From positions 1-52,128 of IMG/VR virus record IMGVR_UViG_3300005828_000112: DNA of 52,128 nt. One strand, given 5' to 3'. Origin of the DNA: a virus. Lineage: Duplodnaviria > Caudoviricetes. A program made the position numbers and the translations under genes. Positions 18,049 to 26,914 of this stretch are shown one piece after another (positions within the stretch are counted from its first letter, which is position 1; each line of letters opens with the position of its first letter). The notes below the pieces were generated by a model that saw nothing but the letters and a program-made list of their open reading frames with translations, was not told the origin of the DNA and made no database searches.

Positions 18049-18569
18049 TGGACGCGGAGCGATGCATGGTCACGAAGGCGAAGAAGGCGACAAGAACGCC
18101 CGCGAAGCGGGCACCGAAGAAGACTTCGACCGGGGGCAAGCGCAAGCCAGCACCAAACGGTGTGGATCCATCTGGGATCCTGCAGCTTGTCGAAGCGGGC
18201 AATGACTACGACATCGCGGGGCCCGACGTGCGCGACGGGATGGTCTACCTCAGCAGCCAGGACCTGGCCGCGCTTGAACTGGCGCGCATGCGTCGCCAGA
18301 CGGAGCACGACCGCGCGGAGCTGATCGAACTTCGGGAAGCCCAGGCGAAGGCCAGCTACGAAGCCGCGCAGCGGGCCTATGCAGCGACGCGCGGCGCGCT
18401 CGAGAATGACCGCAAGCGAAGCCGCCTGGATCTGGCTGCGCAGGTGCGCGCCTATGACGAACTGAAGGAGGCCATGGCGAAGCGCTACGCGATCGACTTC
18501 GACCAGGTCACCTATGACGACAAGACCGGCAAGCTGTTCCTCGGTGATGCGCCCATCGCCGCGGGCTGA
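18048..18569 (+). CDS. Hypothetical coiled-coil protein
   Basis: TGATG coupling; Lys-rich N-terminus and long heptad region. Confidence 0.65.
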   Translation: MDAERCMVTKAKKATRTPAKRAPKKTSTGGKRKPAPNGVDPSGILQLVEAGNDYDIAGPDVRDGMVYLSSQDLAALELARMRRQTEHDRAELIELREAQAKASYEAAQRAYAATRGALENDRKRSRLDLAAQVRAYDELKEAMAKRYAIDFDQVTYDDKTGKLFLGDAPIAAG

Positions 18570-18619
18570 ACGTAACCAAGTGCCCGCCAGACGGGCCCAG
18601 ATCAGGGGGATGAGTCCAG

Positions 18620-19828
18620 ATGGCACTACGTAGACCATTGTTCCAGCACGCGACCGGCTACTTCGAAGAGCTCGGGTCCGACGGCATCGACATGAACAGC
18701 CAGGCGATCTCGAATCTCCTGGATCCTGTTCTGGCGCAGGATGCCGCGACCAAGGCCTACGTCGATGCAGTCGCGACTGGGCTCGATCTGAAGGCTTCAG
18801 TGCGCGTGCTGCTGGGCGACACCAGCGGCTACACGGCAGCAGGCTCTGGCGTGGGCGCCACGCTGACCAGCGCCGACGACAACACCGCGAACAACACACA
18901 TGACGGCGTGCTGCTGGTCGTGGGAAACCGCGTGCTCGTCGCCCAGACCGGCGGCAACCTGACGACGCCAGACGCCGACAATGGCATCTACGTCGTGACC
19001 ACGCTGGCGGACGGCGCGGGTCAGGAGCTGGTTCTCACCCGCGCCAGCGACTTCGACGTCAACGCGGAAGTGACCGCGGGGGCCTTCACGTTCGTCACCG
19101 AGGGCACGACGTACGCCGATACCGGCTGGGTGCTGGTCACGAACGATCCGATCACCGTCGACACGACCGCGCTTCAGTTCAGTCAGTTCTCGTCGGCGAC
19201 CGCGAAGAGTTACGGCGCTGGTCTGTCCGACACCGCGAACGTGATCGATGTCGAGCTCGACACCGCAGCGGATGCCCAAAGCGCCGGTTCCGGAGGCGGC
19301 AGCTCCGGTCTGGAGTTTGATGCAGCTGGCGCGGCTGGTCAGCTGCGCGCAGCGGTCAACGCGACCGCGGGCCTCCAGCGCACGGGTACCGGCCTCGGGG
19401 TCAAGCTGAACGGGACCACGCTGGCAAGCGCTGCGGGCGGCCTATCGGTCGATCATTCGCCGCGCGTGCAGGATGGCTACGTGTCAGCCGAAGCGCTGAC
19501 GCAGTATCACCCGGTCGCGATGTCCACGACCGTGGATCGCGTGCAGCAGGCGCGCGGGAATGATGATGCTCGAGCCAAGTGCATCGGACTCGGCATCACG
19601 ACTGCAGGCGCCGCAGCCGTTGCTGTCGAAGTCGTAAAGGATGGCGTGGTCGCTGGCGCCATCGCTGGCGCGACCGCTGGCGATATCTTCTACATCGCAG
19701 CAGCGGGCGGACTGAGCGCCGCGAACACGCCACCAGCTGGCGGAAACCGCGTGATCCAGGTCGGCATCGCGAAGAACGCGACCGACCTGATCGTGCAGAT
19801 CATCGACTATGGCAAAAAGGCCGCCTAG
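18620..19828 (+). CDS. Fibre-like virion protein (head or tail fibre) with C-terminal cement-like domain
   Basis: QDAATKAYVD fibre motif, KASVRV..GNRVLV..Q..NGIY..RA.DFD domain, Gly/Ala-rich. Confidence 0.8.
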   Translation: MALRRPLFQHATGYFEELGSDGIDMNSQAISNLLDPVLAQDAATKAYVDAVATGLDLKASVRVLLGDTSGYTAAGSGVGATLTSADDNTANNTHDGVLLVVGNRVLVAQTGGNLTTPDADNGIYVVTTLADGAGQELVLTRASDFDVNAEVTAGAFTFVTEGTTYADTGWVLVTNDPITVDTTALQFSQFSSATAKSYGAGLSDTANVIDVELDTAADAQSAGSGGGSSGLEFDAAGAAGQLRAAVNATAGLQRTGTGLGVKLNGTTLASAAGGLSVDHSPRVQDGYVSAEALTQYHPVAMSTTVDRVQQARGNDDARAKCIGLGITTAGAAAVAVEVVKDGVVAGAIAGATAGDIFYIAAAGGLSAANTPPAGGNRVIQVGIAKNATDLIVQIIDYGKKAA

Positions 19829-19881
19829 TTAGTCGGCCCGGCTTGCACAGTCACCTTTGGTGACACGCAAAAAGGGCGCGA

Positions 19882-19957
19882 TGCAGGGTAGGCAAGCGGT
19901 CAAGCCTCCGCGCTAAACACGCGGTGATCGCCGGTTCGATTCCGGCCCCTGCAGCCA
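19882..19957 (+). tRNA. tRNA with anticodon AAA (nominally Phe) on an atypical Gln-like body
   Basis: Acceptor TGCAGGG/CCCTGCA, G73, encoded CCA; D arm GGCA-AGCGGTCA-AGCC; anticodon arm CCGCG-CTAAACA-CGCGG; T arm GCCGG-TTCGATT-CCGGC; 76 nt. Confidence 0.9.
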
Positions 19958-19973
19958 TTGAACGGAGCAGCCC

Positions 19974-20267
19974 ATGTCCATCGGTCCAGATCGCGTTCGC
20001 CCGCTGAAGCTCGAAGACACGGGGACGGGCACGCAGACCGATCTTTTCCCGACGTCGCTGAACAAGAACGAAGACGCGATCGAATGTCGCGGCGTCGTGA
20101 TGCAGGACGCCTCGAGCAATGACGCGCTGGTGTACGTGGCGCGCGAAGGCAACGATCTGATCTTCCGCGATATCACGACTGGGATCTCCTACACGCTGAC
20201 CGACCTAGTCGGCGGCGCAGCCATCGATCCGGGCTTCCGAAGGCATTTTCTCCTGATGGGCGCATGA
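19974..20267 (+). CDS. Small virion-associated protein
   Basis: GGAG RBS; ends in FLLMGA, a C-terminal motif seen in phage structural gene blocks. Confidence 0.7.
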   Translation: MSIGPDRVRPLKLEDTGTGTQTDLFPTSLNKNEDAIECRGVVMQDASSNDALVYVAREGNDLIFRDITTGISYTLTDLVGGAAIDPGFRRHFLLMGA

Positions 20268-20485
20268 ACATGACCGCTGACGAAAAGCAGGCCGCACTGG
20301 CGACGAAGGCGCAGACGATGCTGGCATCGCTGCGCGAGACGATCGGCGAAGTCGCGGGCGACCTGAAGGGCGCGCCGCAGGTGCGCGTGGTCGTGCCGAA
20401 GTCACTCTGGCCCTGGGATGACGTGGACGAAATGGAATTTGCCGACGGCAGCGGCGGCGCGTTCAAGTACGTCAGGAGCCGCTGA
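20264..20485 (+). CDS. Hypothetical protein
   Basis: ATGA and TGATG coupling at its two ends. Confidence 0.65.
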   Translation: MNMTADEKQAALATKAQTMLASLRETIGEVAGDLKGAPQVRVVVPKSLWPWDDVDEMEFADGSGGAFKYVRSR

Positions 20486-20814
20486 TGGCCGAAGCCCTGA
20501 AGGTGCTCGGTCAGCTGGACATCCCAGCGACCACGCTGAGCACGCTTTACACCGTGCCCGCTGCGACCAGCGCGACGGTGTCATCGCTGGTCATCGCGAA
20601 CCGAACGAGCTCAAGTAAGACCTTCCGCGCGTCCGTGGCTGTCGCGGGCGCTGCCGACGATCCGAAGCAATACCTGTTTTACGATGTGCAGCTCGGCAAG
20701 AACGAAAGCTTCAGCGCGACGCTGGGCCTCACGCTGGGCGCGGCTGACGTCGTGCGCGTCTATGCCAGCGGCGCTGGCCTCAGCGCAAACCTGTTCGGCG
20801 TCCAGGTGACCTGA
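20485..20814 (+). CDS. Small beta-sandwich virion protein
   Basis: KVLGQ...TLYTVPAA...SSLVIAN...LGLTL...VRVYAS...LFG. Confidence 0.75.
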   Translation: MAEALKVLGQLDIPATTLSTLYTVPAATSATVSSLVIANRTSSSKTFRASVAVAGAADDPKQYLFYDVQLGKNESFSATLGLTLGAADVVRVYASGAGLSANLFGVQVT

Positions 20815-22043
20815 TGGCTGCTGGATCGACGACGACCCCGGTGCGGGTCAAGGATGACAACGGCGACACCCAGGGGTCGGCGGCGAACCCGCTTCGCACT
20901 GATCCGACCGGGTCGACGACGCAGCCCATCAGCGCTGCTTCGCTGCCCCTTCCGGCTGGGGCGGCGACCGAAGCGACGCTGGCTGCCATCAGCACGAACA
21001 CGCCCGCCGTCGGTCAAACGACCATGGCGGCGAGCTCACCCGTCACCATCGCCAGCGACCAAACGGCGGTCGCGTCGAAGAATGCCGCGGCCAGCCAGGT
21101 CGACGGGCACAGCTCGAGCATCGGCGCGACCACGGACGCCGACACCGCGAACACCGTCATCGGACGGCTGAAGCAGGTGATCACCCGTCTGGCCGGCGGC
21201 TTGCCCGCTGCCCTGGTGGGGGGGCGCCTAGATTCGAACATCGGCGCATGGCTCGGAAGCACAGCGCCCACGGTCGCGCAGAAGGCGATGGCTGCATCCG
21301 TGCCAGTCGTGGTCGCCAGCGACCAGACTGCGGTCGCGTCGAAGAACGCCGCGGCCAGCCAGGTCGACGGGCACAGCTCGAGCATCGGTGCGACCACGGA
21401 CGCCGACACAGCGAACACCGTCATCGGGCGGCTGAAGCAGCAGGTGACGAAGCTGGCGGGCGGCCTTCCCGCCGCGCTGGTCGGCGGACGGCTCGATATC
21501 AACCTGGGATCGTGGCTGGGCGCGACAACGCCGACCGTCGGTCAAAAGGCAATGGCGGCGTCGATCCCCGTGGCGATGGCGTCGAACCAAACGGCGACAC
21601 CCACGAAAATCGAAGACGGTCAGGGCTCGGGCCGCCTTGCTGCTGTCGATTCGTCCTATCGTCTGCTGGTCAGCGCGAACGCGACCGTGATCCCGCCCGC
21701 TTCGGTCGCTGTCGAAGTCGAAGCGATCAGCAGTCTCACCGGAACAGCGGACAGCGTTTACGTCGTGCCTTCGGCGAAGCAGCTCACGATCACGCGCTTC
21801 GCTGGTGGATCCGAAGGTAACTCGGGCAAGGTGTCGAAGGTTTCGCTGTTCTATGACCCTGCAGGCACCGGCACCGGGATGACGTTGATCCGTGCGATGT
21901 ATCTCGGGACGACGAACTGGGAATTTGGGCTCGACTACAAAGTGCTAGGCGACGGGACGAAGGCGATCCGCATGCGGCGCGAACGCCTGGACGGCGCAGC
22001 TGATGAAGTCGCGGGCTTCTGGTCTGGCTTCCGGGATGTGTGA
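20814..22043 (+). CDS. Virion fibre-like protein with 88-aa tandem repeats
   Basis: LPLPAGAATEATL motif, internal repeats, C-terminal YVVP beta domain. Confidence 0.8.
   Translation: MAAGSTTTPVRVKDDNGDTQGSAANPLRTDPTGSTTQPISAASLPLPAGAATEATLAAISTNTPAVGQTTMAASSPVTIASDQTAVASKNAAASQVDGHSSSIGATTDADTANTVIGRLKQVITRLAGGLPAALVGGRLDSNIGAWLGSTAPTVAQKAMAASVPVVVASDQTAVASKNAAASQVDGHSSSIGATTDADTANTVIGRLKQQVTKLAGGLPAALVGGRLDINLGSWLGATTPTVGQKAMAASIPVAMASNQTATPTKIEDGQGSGRLAAVDSSYRLLVSANATVIPPASVAVEVEAISSLTGTADSVYVVPSAKQLTITRFAGGSEGNSGKVSKVSLFYDPAGTGTGMTLIRAMYLGTTNWEFGLDYKVLGDGTKAIRMRRERLDGAADEVAGFWSGFRDV
21001..21595 (+). repeat. 264-bp (88-codon) tandem repeat, about 2.25 copies
   Basis: Units start near 21001, 21265 and 21529; GCCAGCGACC at 21051 and 21315. 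Confidence 0.92.
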
Positions 22044-22396
22044 CGACCATGGCTAGGGAATCGATCAAGGTGATGGCCGCGGGCGACGTCGCGAAGAAGA
22101 CGGGCAGCAGTGCCACGAAGGTCGAAACGACCTACGAAGTGCCAGCCGGTCGCACGCTGCGCCTATCGCGCATCACCGTCGGCTATGAGCACTCGGTCAA
22201 CGAAGTGCGCGTCGAAGTGCTCTCGCGCGATGGTGCGACCGACACGATGATCGCCGTAGGCTACGCGTCGGGCACCGTTTCGCAGTTCGCGGTCGAAGGG
22301 GACATCCCCGAAGGAGAGCTCGTCGTCATTCGCCGGGTGAACGGTGATCCAACGGATCTGCACATGACCTGCACCGTCGAAGGGATTCTTCTATGA
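22040..22396 (+). CDS. Small beta-sandwich protein, paralog of the C-terminus of 20814-22043
   Basis: TYEVPAGRTLRLSRI versus VYVVPSAKQLTITRF; IRRVNGD versus MRRERLD. Confidence 0.7.
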   Translation: MTTMARESIKVMAAGDVAKKTGSSATKVETTYEVPAGRTLRLSRITVGYEHSVNEVRVEVLSRDGATDTMIAVGYASGTVSQFAVEGDIPEGELVVIRRVNGDPTDLHMTCTVEGILL

Positions 22397-23109
22397 GTCG
22401 CGCGCCGCACACAGAAGACGGGCGCGTGATGGTGCAGCCCGTCACGCTGGATCGCCAGCTATGGCACTGGTACCACTCGGCGGGTGACGTGCTGGGCGGC
22501 GCGCGCGGCGGCGATACGTCGTTTGAGCTGCAGGTCACAGCGGGCAGCCCCGACGCGTCCCTGCAGTGGGCTTACAATGACTGGGTCGAAATGGCCGGCG
22601 GCGTCGCGTTCTACCGTGGCGCAGACCTGGGCGATCACGTGTCCTTCAAGCTGCTTTTCCCCGCATCGGTCGGCTCGAGCACGCCCGGAACGGGTAACGC
22701 GAACAAGGTAGCGATCGGGGGCGGAGCCAACATGTTCGTCCCCGCTGCTGGCGATGGCGACTGGACGCTGACGCTGGATGATCGCGACAGCGTCGTCCCG
22801 GTGCCCGCGACAAACGAAACCGGGTACTGGGAATGGGACTGGCCCGACGAAGGCGTCGGGACGGTCAGCGCTGGGGCGGCTGGGGCCAGCTTCTATAACC
22901 TGTTCGACTTCGCGATCGATCCCGCGACGCGATTCATACCGCGCGTGAACCTGCTGGGCGCAGGCGAAGCGCGCTTCCTTCCCGAGAACGTGCATCCGAC
23001 CGACGTTCTTCCGCACTGGCGGCTGCGATGCGATCTGCACCATGCGGGCGGGGGCCAGACGCTGGATCTGGTCTGGCATGTGGTCGCCGCGCGCAAGGCT
23101 GCCACGTGA
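22393..23109 (+). CDS. Hypothetical virion-associated protein
   Basis: 238-aa coupled ORF, Trp/Gly-rich. Confidence 0.7.
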   Translation: MSRAPHTEDGRVMVQPVTLDRQLWHWYHSAGDVLGGARGGDTSFELQVTAGSPDASLQWAYNDWVEMAGGVAFYRGADLGDHVSFKLLFPASVGSSTPGTGNANKVAIGGGANMFVPAAGDGDWTLTLDDRDSVVPVPATNETGYWEWDWPDEGVGTVSAGAAGASFYNLFDFAIDPATRFIPRVNLLGAGEARFLPENVHPTDVLPHWRLRCDLHHAGGGQTLDLVWHVVAARKAAT

Positions 23110-23474
23110 ACACCCGCGGCATGACGAAGGCGACCCTCGCGACGGTCGTGGCTGGATTGATCGCGTATGACGTTTGGGCCTACCTCGAGCCCCAGGAAGG
23201 CGACACGATCAGCGAAGTCGCACTGGCTGCAGCCCGACGCTGGCCCGTGCTTCCCTGGGCCTTCGGCGCGTTCGCGGCGCATCTGTTCTGGCCCAGCGCG
23301 GCCCCGCGCAGCACCGGGGCGAAGTTTGCTGGGCTCGGGGGGCTGCTGGCCATCGCTGGCGCCGCATCCTGGGCCGATCTGGGCGGCGTTCATCCAGGGC
23401 TGGCCATCGTGGTCGGCCTGGCGTCTGGGCGCCTGCTGTGGCCCCAGACGAAGGCGCAGGAGCCGAAGTCATGA
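23106..23474 (+). CDS. Small multi-pass membrane protein
   Basis: GTGA coupling; about four hydrophobic segments. Confidence 0.7.
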   Translation: MNTRGMTKATLATVVAGLIAYDVWAYLEPQEGDTISEVALAAARRWPVLPWAFGAFAAHLFWPSAAPRSTGAKFAGLGGLLAIAGAASWADLGGVHPGLAIVVGLASGRLLWPQTKAQEPKS

Positions 23475-24046
23475 GCGCACGCGCATCGATCGGCGAACTA
23501 TCCGAGCTCGCCTTCACGCTTCTGGATGATGACGGCGTGACCCCGATCGTGGGGGCTGTCGGCGGCGACTTCACCGCGGTCGCGCTGGTGGGCAGCGTGC
23601 TATCCGCGCAGCCCGTGACGGTCAGCGAAAGCGCGCAGGCGGGCGTCTACGTCGCGGAGCTGACGCCCGACGTTCCGGGGCGCTGGCTGGCGCGCGTCAT
23701 CCACGACGAAACGGGCCAGGTGCACGAATGCCAGATCGACGTGGGCGGCGATGCGATCGCCCATTCGATGGCTGTCATCGAAGGGTCGACGGTCTACATC
23801 GAGTCCTGGCTGCAGCGCGACGGTGAGGGGGTCATCGCGACGACGTCCTGCACGGTGGTCATCTACGATCGCGATGGTGCAGTCGTGGCAAGTACGTCGA
23901 GCATGTCACCGGACGCGCGCGGTCACTTCACGATGTCCAGCGCGATCGCATTGACGGCAAACCGCCCTTACAACGTGATCACGACGATCGCCGACGCACG
24001 CGGCAGCGTGCGCAGCTACGAAGGGCTCGCAACGGTTCAGGGATGA
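23471..24046 (+). CDS. Hypothetical Ig-like virion protein
   Basis: ATGA coupling; GVYVAELTPDVPGRW beta-rich pattern. Confidence 0.65.
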   Translation: MSARASIGELSELAFTLLDDDGVTPIVGAVGGDFTAVALVGSVLSAQPVTVSESAQAGVYVAELTPDVPGRWLARVIHDETGQVHECQIDVGGDAIAHSMAVIEGSTVYIESWLQRDGEGVIATTSCTVVIYDRDGAVVASTSSMSPDARGHFTMSSAIALTANRPYNVITTIADARGSVRSYEGLATVQG

Positions 24047-24279
24047 TCGGGATCTGCAAAACGGGCGTGCTGTTCTACCAGCCGCTGCTCGAGCCCGCGG
24101 TCGTGACCGCTGTCGACTTCGCGATCGAAGTCGTGGAGCAGCCGGTCGTCGACGTCGTCGCGGTCGCTGATGATGTCGTCGTCGACGTGCTGGCCGCTGC
24201 GCCCATCGAGCTCGAAGTGAACGACCCCGAAGCCATCGTGATCGCCGATGGCGATATCGACCTGGAAGGTGAGTGCTGA
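24043..24279 (+). CDS. Small acidic hypothetical protein
   Basis: Coupled ORF rich in Val/Asp/Glu. Confidence 0.55.
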   Translation: MIGICKTGVLFYQPLLEPAVVTAVDFAIEVVEQPVVDVVAVADDVVVDVLAAAPIELEVNDPEAIVIADGDIDLEGEC

Positions 24280-24621
24280 ATGTCCGCGACGTTCCAGATC
24301 AAGCGTCACGATCTCGAGCCATCGATCCGGGTGACGGTCAAAAGCAAGTCGACCGGGCTGGCGATCGACCTGACCGGGTACACCAGCGCGAACTTCATCA
24401 TGCGCCAGGCGGACGCTGTCGCGCCGAAGGTCGATGCGGCCGCTGTGATCGAAGACGCAGCGGGCGGGATCCTTCGCTACGACTGGGCATCGGGCGATAC
24501 GGATACCGCCGGCATCTACGATGCGGAGTTTTCGATCCTGACACCAGGGGCGAAGCAGCGAACATTCCCGGGATCGGGATTCATCCGGATCGCGATCGAT
24601 CCCGATCTGGACGACGCATGA
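24280..24621 (+). CDS. BppU N-terminal-like Ig-fold virion protein
   Basis: IKRHDL.P, DLTG, G.LRYDW..GDT..AGIY.AEF, TFP..G.I.I.I. Confidence 0.75.
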   Translation: MSATFQIKRHDLEPSIRVTVKSKSTGLAIDLTGYTSANFIMRQADAVAPKVDAAAVIEDAAGGILRYDWASGDTDTAGIYDAEFSILTPGAKQRTFPGSGFIRIAIDPDLDDA

Positions 24622-24633
24622 AGGGGACAAGCA

Positions 24634-24951
24634 ATGGCTGATGATGAAGAAGCGACTTTCGAACCCGCCGATCCGCCCCCGCGCATGGAAAGCGACGGGT
24701 CAGCGCGAACCGTCGACCAGTGGCGCGATGAGCTGTTCCCCGCGCAGGGCAAACGCCAGCACCGCGCCTTGTGGCAGCACAATGCGGCATCGTCGCTGCA
24801 TGGCTGGTCAGATCACGCCTTCCATGCAAACGCGCCGATGCAGCTTTCGCGCGCGGACTACGATGCAGCGCTGAAGGCCGCATCGACGCCAGACGCAGCG
24901 GGGCGCTACAGCGCCCACCTACCGGCGCTGAGCCGATTCAAGGGGAAGTGA
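24634..24951 (+). CDS. Hypothetical protein
   Basis: AAGGGG RBS; directly upstream of the sheath gene. Confidence 0.65.
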   Translation: MADDEEATFEPADPPPRMESDGSARTVDQWRDELFPAQGKRQHRALWQHNAASSLHGWSDHAFHANAPMQLSRADYDAALKAASTPDAAGRYSAHLPALSRFKGK

Positions 24952-24954
24952 ACG

Positions 24955-26391
24955 ATGAGCATCCCGAAGCAAACACTGACGATCCAGGATCCGGGGCTCG
25001 GACTGGTCGAAGCAGCGACCACGATCCCGCTGTTCATGGGCCCCAGTGAAAAGGGCACGGTCAACGCGATCGCGACCGTCAGCAACAAGCGCCAGGTCGT
25101 GGACACCTGGGGCCAGGGGCCATTGTCCGAGCACATGTGCCGCGCGCTGGACGAAGCGGGCGGCCCGATCCTGGGCATGCGGATCACGGGCGACGTCGCA
25201 GGCGCAGCTGGCGCGGTGACGAAGGTCGCGGCGGGCTCGAGCACGGGCACCGTCACGGTCGCGCAGGCGCCCTATGACGCTTACGAAGTCATCGCGACGA
25301 TCGTGACCACTGGCGGCCTGGGGGCCGCGACGTTCACGTATTCACTGGACGATGGCCGCACGGTTTCCCCCGTGCTGACGGTGCCCGCTGGCGGCGTCTA
25401 TTCCATCCCAGGCACGAACCTTCAGATCACGTTCGTTCCCGGCGCTGGCCCTACGCTGTTCGAAGCGGGCGACACCCACTCCTTCGACTGCACGGCCCCG
25501 TATTTCAGCACGACCGAGCTCGGGAACGCCTTCGACGTCGTCGACGTCTACACATCGCAGATCGACTTCTTCGTGCTCTGCGGGCGTCCGGCGGATTCGA
25601 CCGCGGGCGCGACGATGCTGGCATCGCTGCAGACCCGGCTGGCCGGCCTCGAGTCCGCGCAGCGCTACATGGGCGCGATCATGGACGTCGGGATCGACAC
25701 TACGGCGAACGTCATCACGAATGTCGTTCCGACCACGGGCGTTCGGGTGTGCCCGACCTACGGGACCGCGGACATGGCGAGCTCGAAGCCGATCACTGGC
25801 TGGGGGACGCCGAAGCTTCCAGCCACGGTGCTGATCGCCGCGCGCGCGCACAGCGAGCTGATCAGCACCGATCTGGCACGCACTGCATCGGGCGCGCTGG
25901 ATGGCGTCGTCGAGATCAGCCACGACGAGTTTCTGACGGAGGAGCTGGATCAGCACAAGATCAGCACGCTGCGCACCTGGCCGAACGTCGCGGGCTTCTA
26001 CATCACGAACGCCCGGATGAAGTCGTCGCTGGGATCGGATTTCCTGTACTGGCAGCATCGCCGGGTGATGGACGTGGCCTGCAGGCGGACGGTCCAGTCG
26101 CAGTTCGTGTTCAGCTCGTCCGGGCTGCGCACGAACGCAGACGGGACCATCGACACGCGCGACGCCGTCCGTATCGAAAACACGGTGAAGGATGGCTTGC
26201 GCGCGGAGCTGGTCGATCCCCAGAACGCAGAAGGCACGCAGGGCCATGTGTCGGCTCTGAACTTCACGGTGACCCGGACGAACAACGTGCAGGTCACAAA
26301 CGAAGTGCTGACCGCGGTCGCTGTTCGACCGCTGGGCTACGCGAAGACTCTGACGACCGAGATCGGTTTCACGACCGACGTGGGGGGCTGA
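24955..26391 (+). CDS. Tail sheath protein (DUF2586-like)
   Basis: I.DPGLG N-terminus, GFYITNARM...GSDF.Y..RRVMD.A, C-terminal VRPLGYAK.L..EIGF. Confidence 0.88.
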   Translation: MSIPKQTLTIQDPGLGLVEAATTIPLFMGPSEKGTVNAIATVSNKRQVVDTWGQGPLSEHMCRALDEAGGPILGMRITGDVAGAAGAVTKVAAGSSTGTVTVAQAPYDAYEVIATIVTTGGLGAATFTYSLDDGRTVSPVLTVPAGGVYSIPGTNLQITFVPGAGPTLFEAGDTHSFDCTAPYFSTTELGNAFDVVDVYTSQIDFFVLCGRPADSTAGATMLASLQTRLAGLESAQRYMGAIMDVGIDTTANVITNVVPTTGVRVCPTYGTADMASSKPITGWGTPKLPATVLIAARAHSELISTDLARTASGALDGVVEISHDEFLTEELDQHKISTLRTWPNVAGFYITNARMKSSLGSDFLYWQHRRVMDVACRRTVQSQFVFSSSGLRTNADGTIDTRDAVRIENTVKDGLRAELVDPQNAEGTQGHVSALNFTVTRTNNVQVTNEVLTAVAVRPLGYAKTLTTEIGFTTDVGG

Positions 26392-26394
26392 TCA

Positions 26395-26874
26395 ATGCCG
26401 AATCCGATCGCACAACTAATCAACGGGAACAGGTTCGATTTCAGCTCCATCGAGATCGTGATCAATGGGATCACCTACGCGGCGGTTCAGGAGATCACCT
26501 ACAGCCATTCGCTCGAGCCTGGCCAGCTGCGCGGCACCCGCGCCGACAAGCTGGGCCGCACGCGTGGCCAGTACGATTCCGAGGGATCGATCACGATGTA
26601 CAAAGGCGACTACCAGCAGATGATCTCCGCGCTGGCGCTCGTGCCGCCGCTGCTGGGCGGCTACATGGAAAAGTCATTCCTGGTGAACGTCACCTATTCC
26701 GAGATCCAAAGCGGAGAGCTCGTGGTCGACGTGCTGCAGGGCTGCCGCATCGTGTCGGACGAAGACAGCCACACGCAGGGCAGCGACGCGCTTCAGGTGA
26801 CAGCGAACCTGGACATCATGAAGCTTCTGCGCAACGGGATCCCGCCGGTCGCGCCGACGGCGCTGATCCCCTGA
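26395..26874 (+). CDS. Tail tube protein
   Basis: INGNRFDFSSI, EITYS, GRTRGQY..EGSITM; follows the sheath. Confidence 0.85.
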   Translation: MPNPIAQLINGNRFDFSSIEIVINGITYAAVQEITYSHSLEPGQLRGTRADKLGRTRGQYDSEGSITMYKGDYQQMISALALVPPLLGGYMEKSFLVNVTYSEIQSGELVVDVLQGCRIVSDEDSHTQGSDALQVTANLDIMKLLRNGIPPVAPTALIP

Positions 26875-26914
26875 TCGATGACGCGCCCGCCATCGGGCGA
26901 TGAAAGGAACGAAG

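Noticed and set aside
19908-19924. Amber (CUA) suppressor or Leu (UAA) reading of the tRNA loop CTAAACA
   Set aside because: Placing CTA or TAA at positions 34-36 destroys the 5-bp CCGCG/CGCGG stem and removes U33; only AAA fits
19882-19957. tRNA as an attP/attL integration remnant
   Set aside because: It is full length, lies mid late operon, has no duplicated 3' fragment that I could find and no integrase nearby
21001-21595. DGR template/variable repeat pair
   Set aside because: Copies are tandem and in frame within one gene, differences include C/T synonymous changes rather than adenine-only ones, and there is no reverse transcriptase
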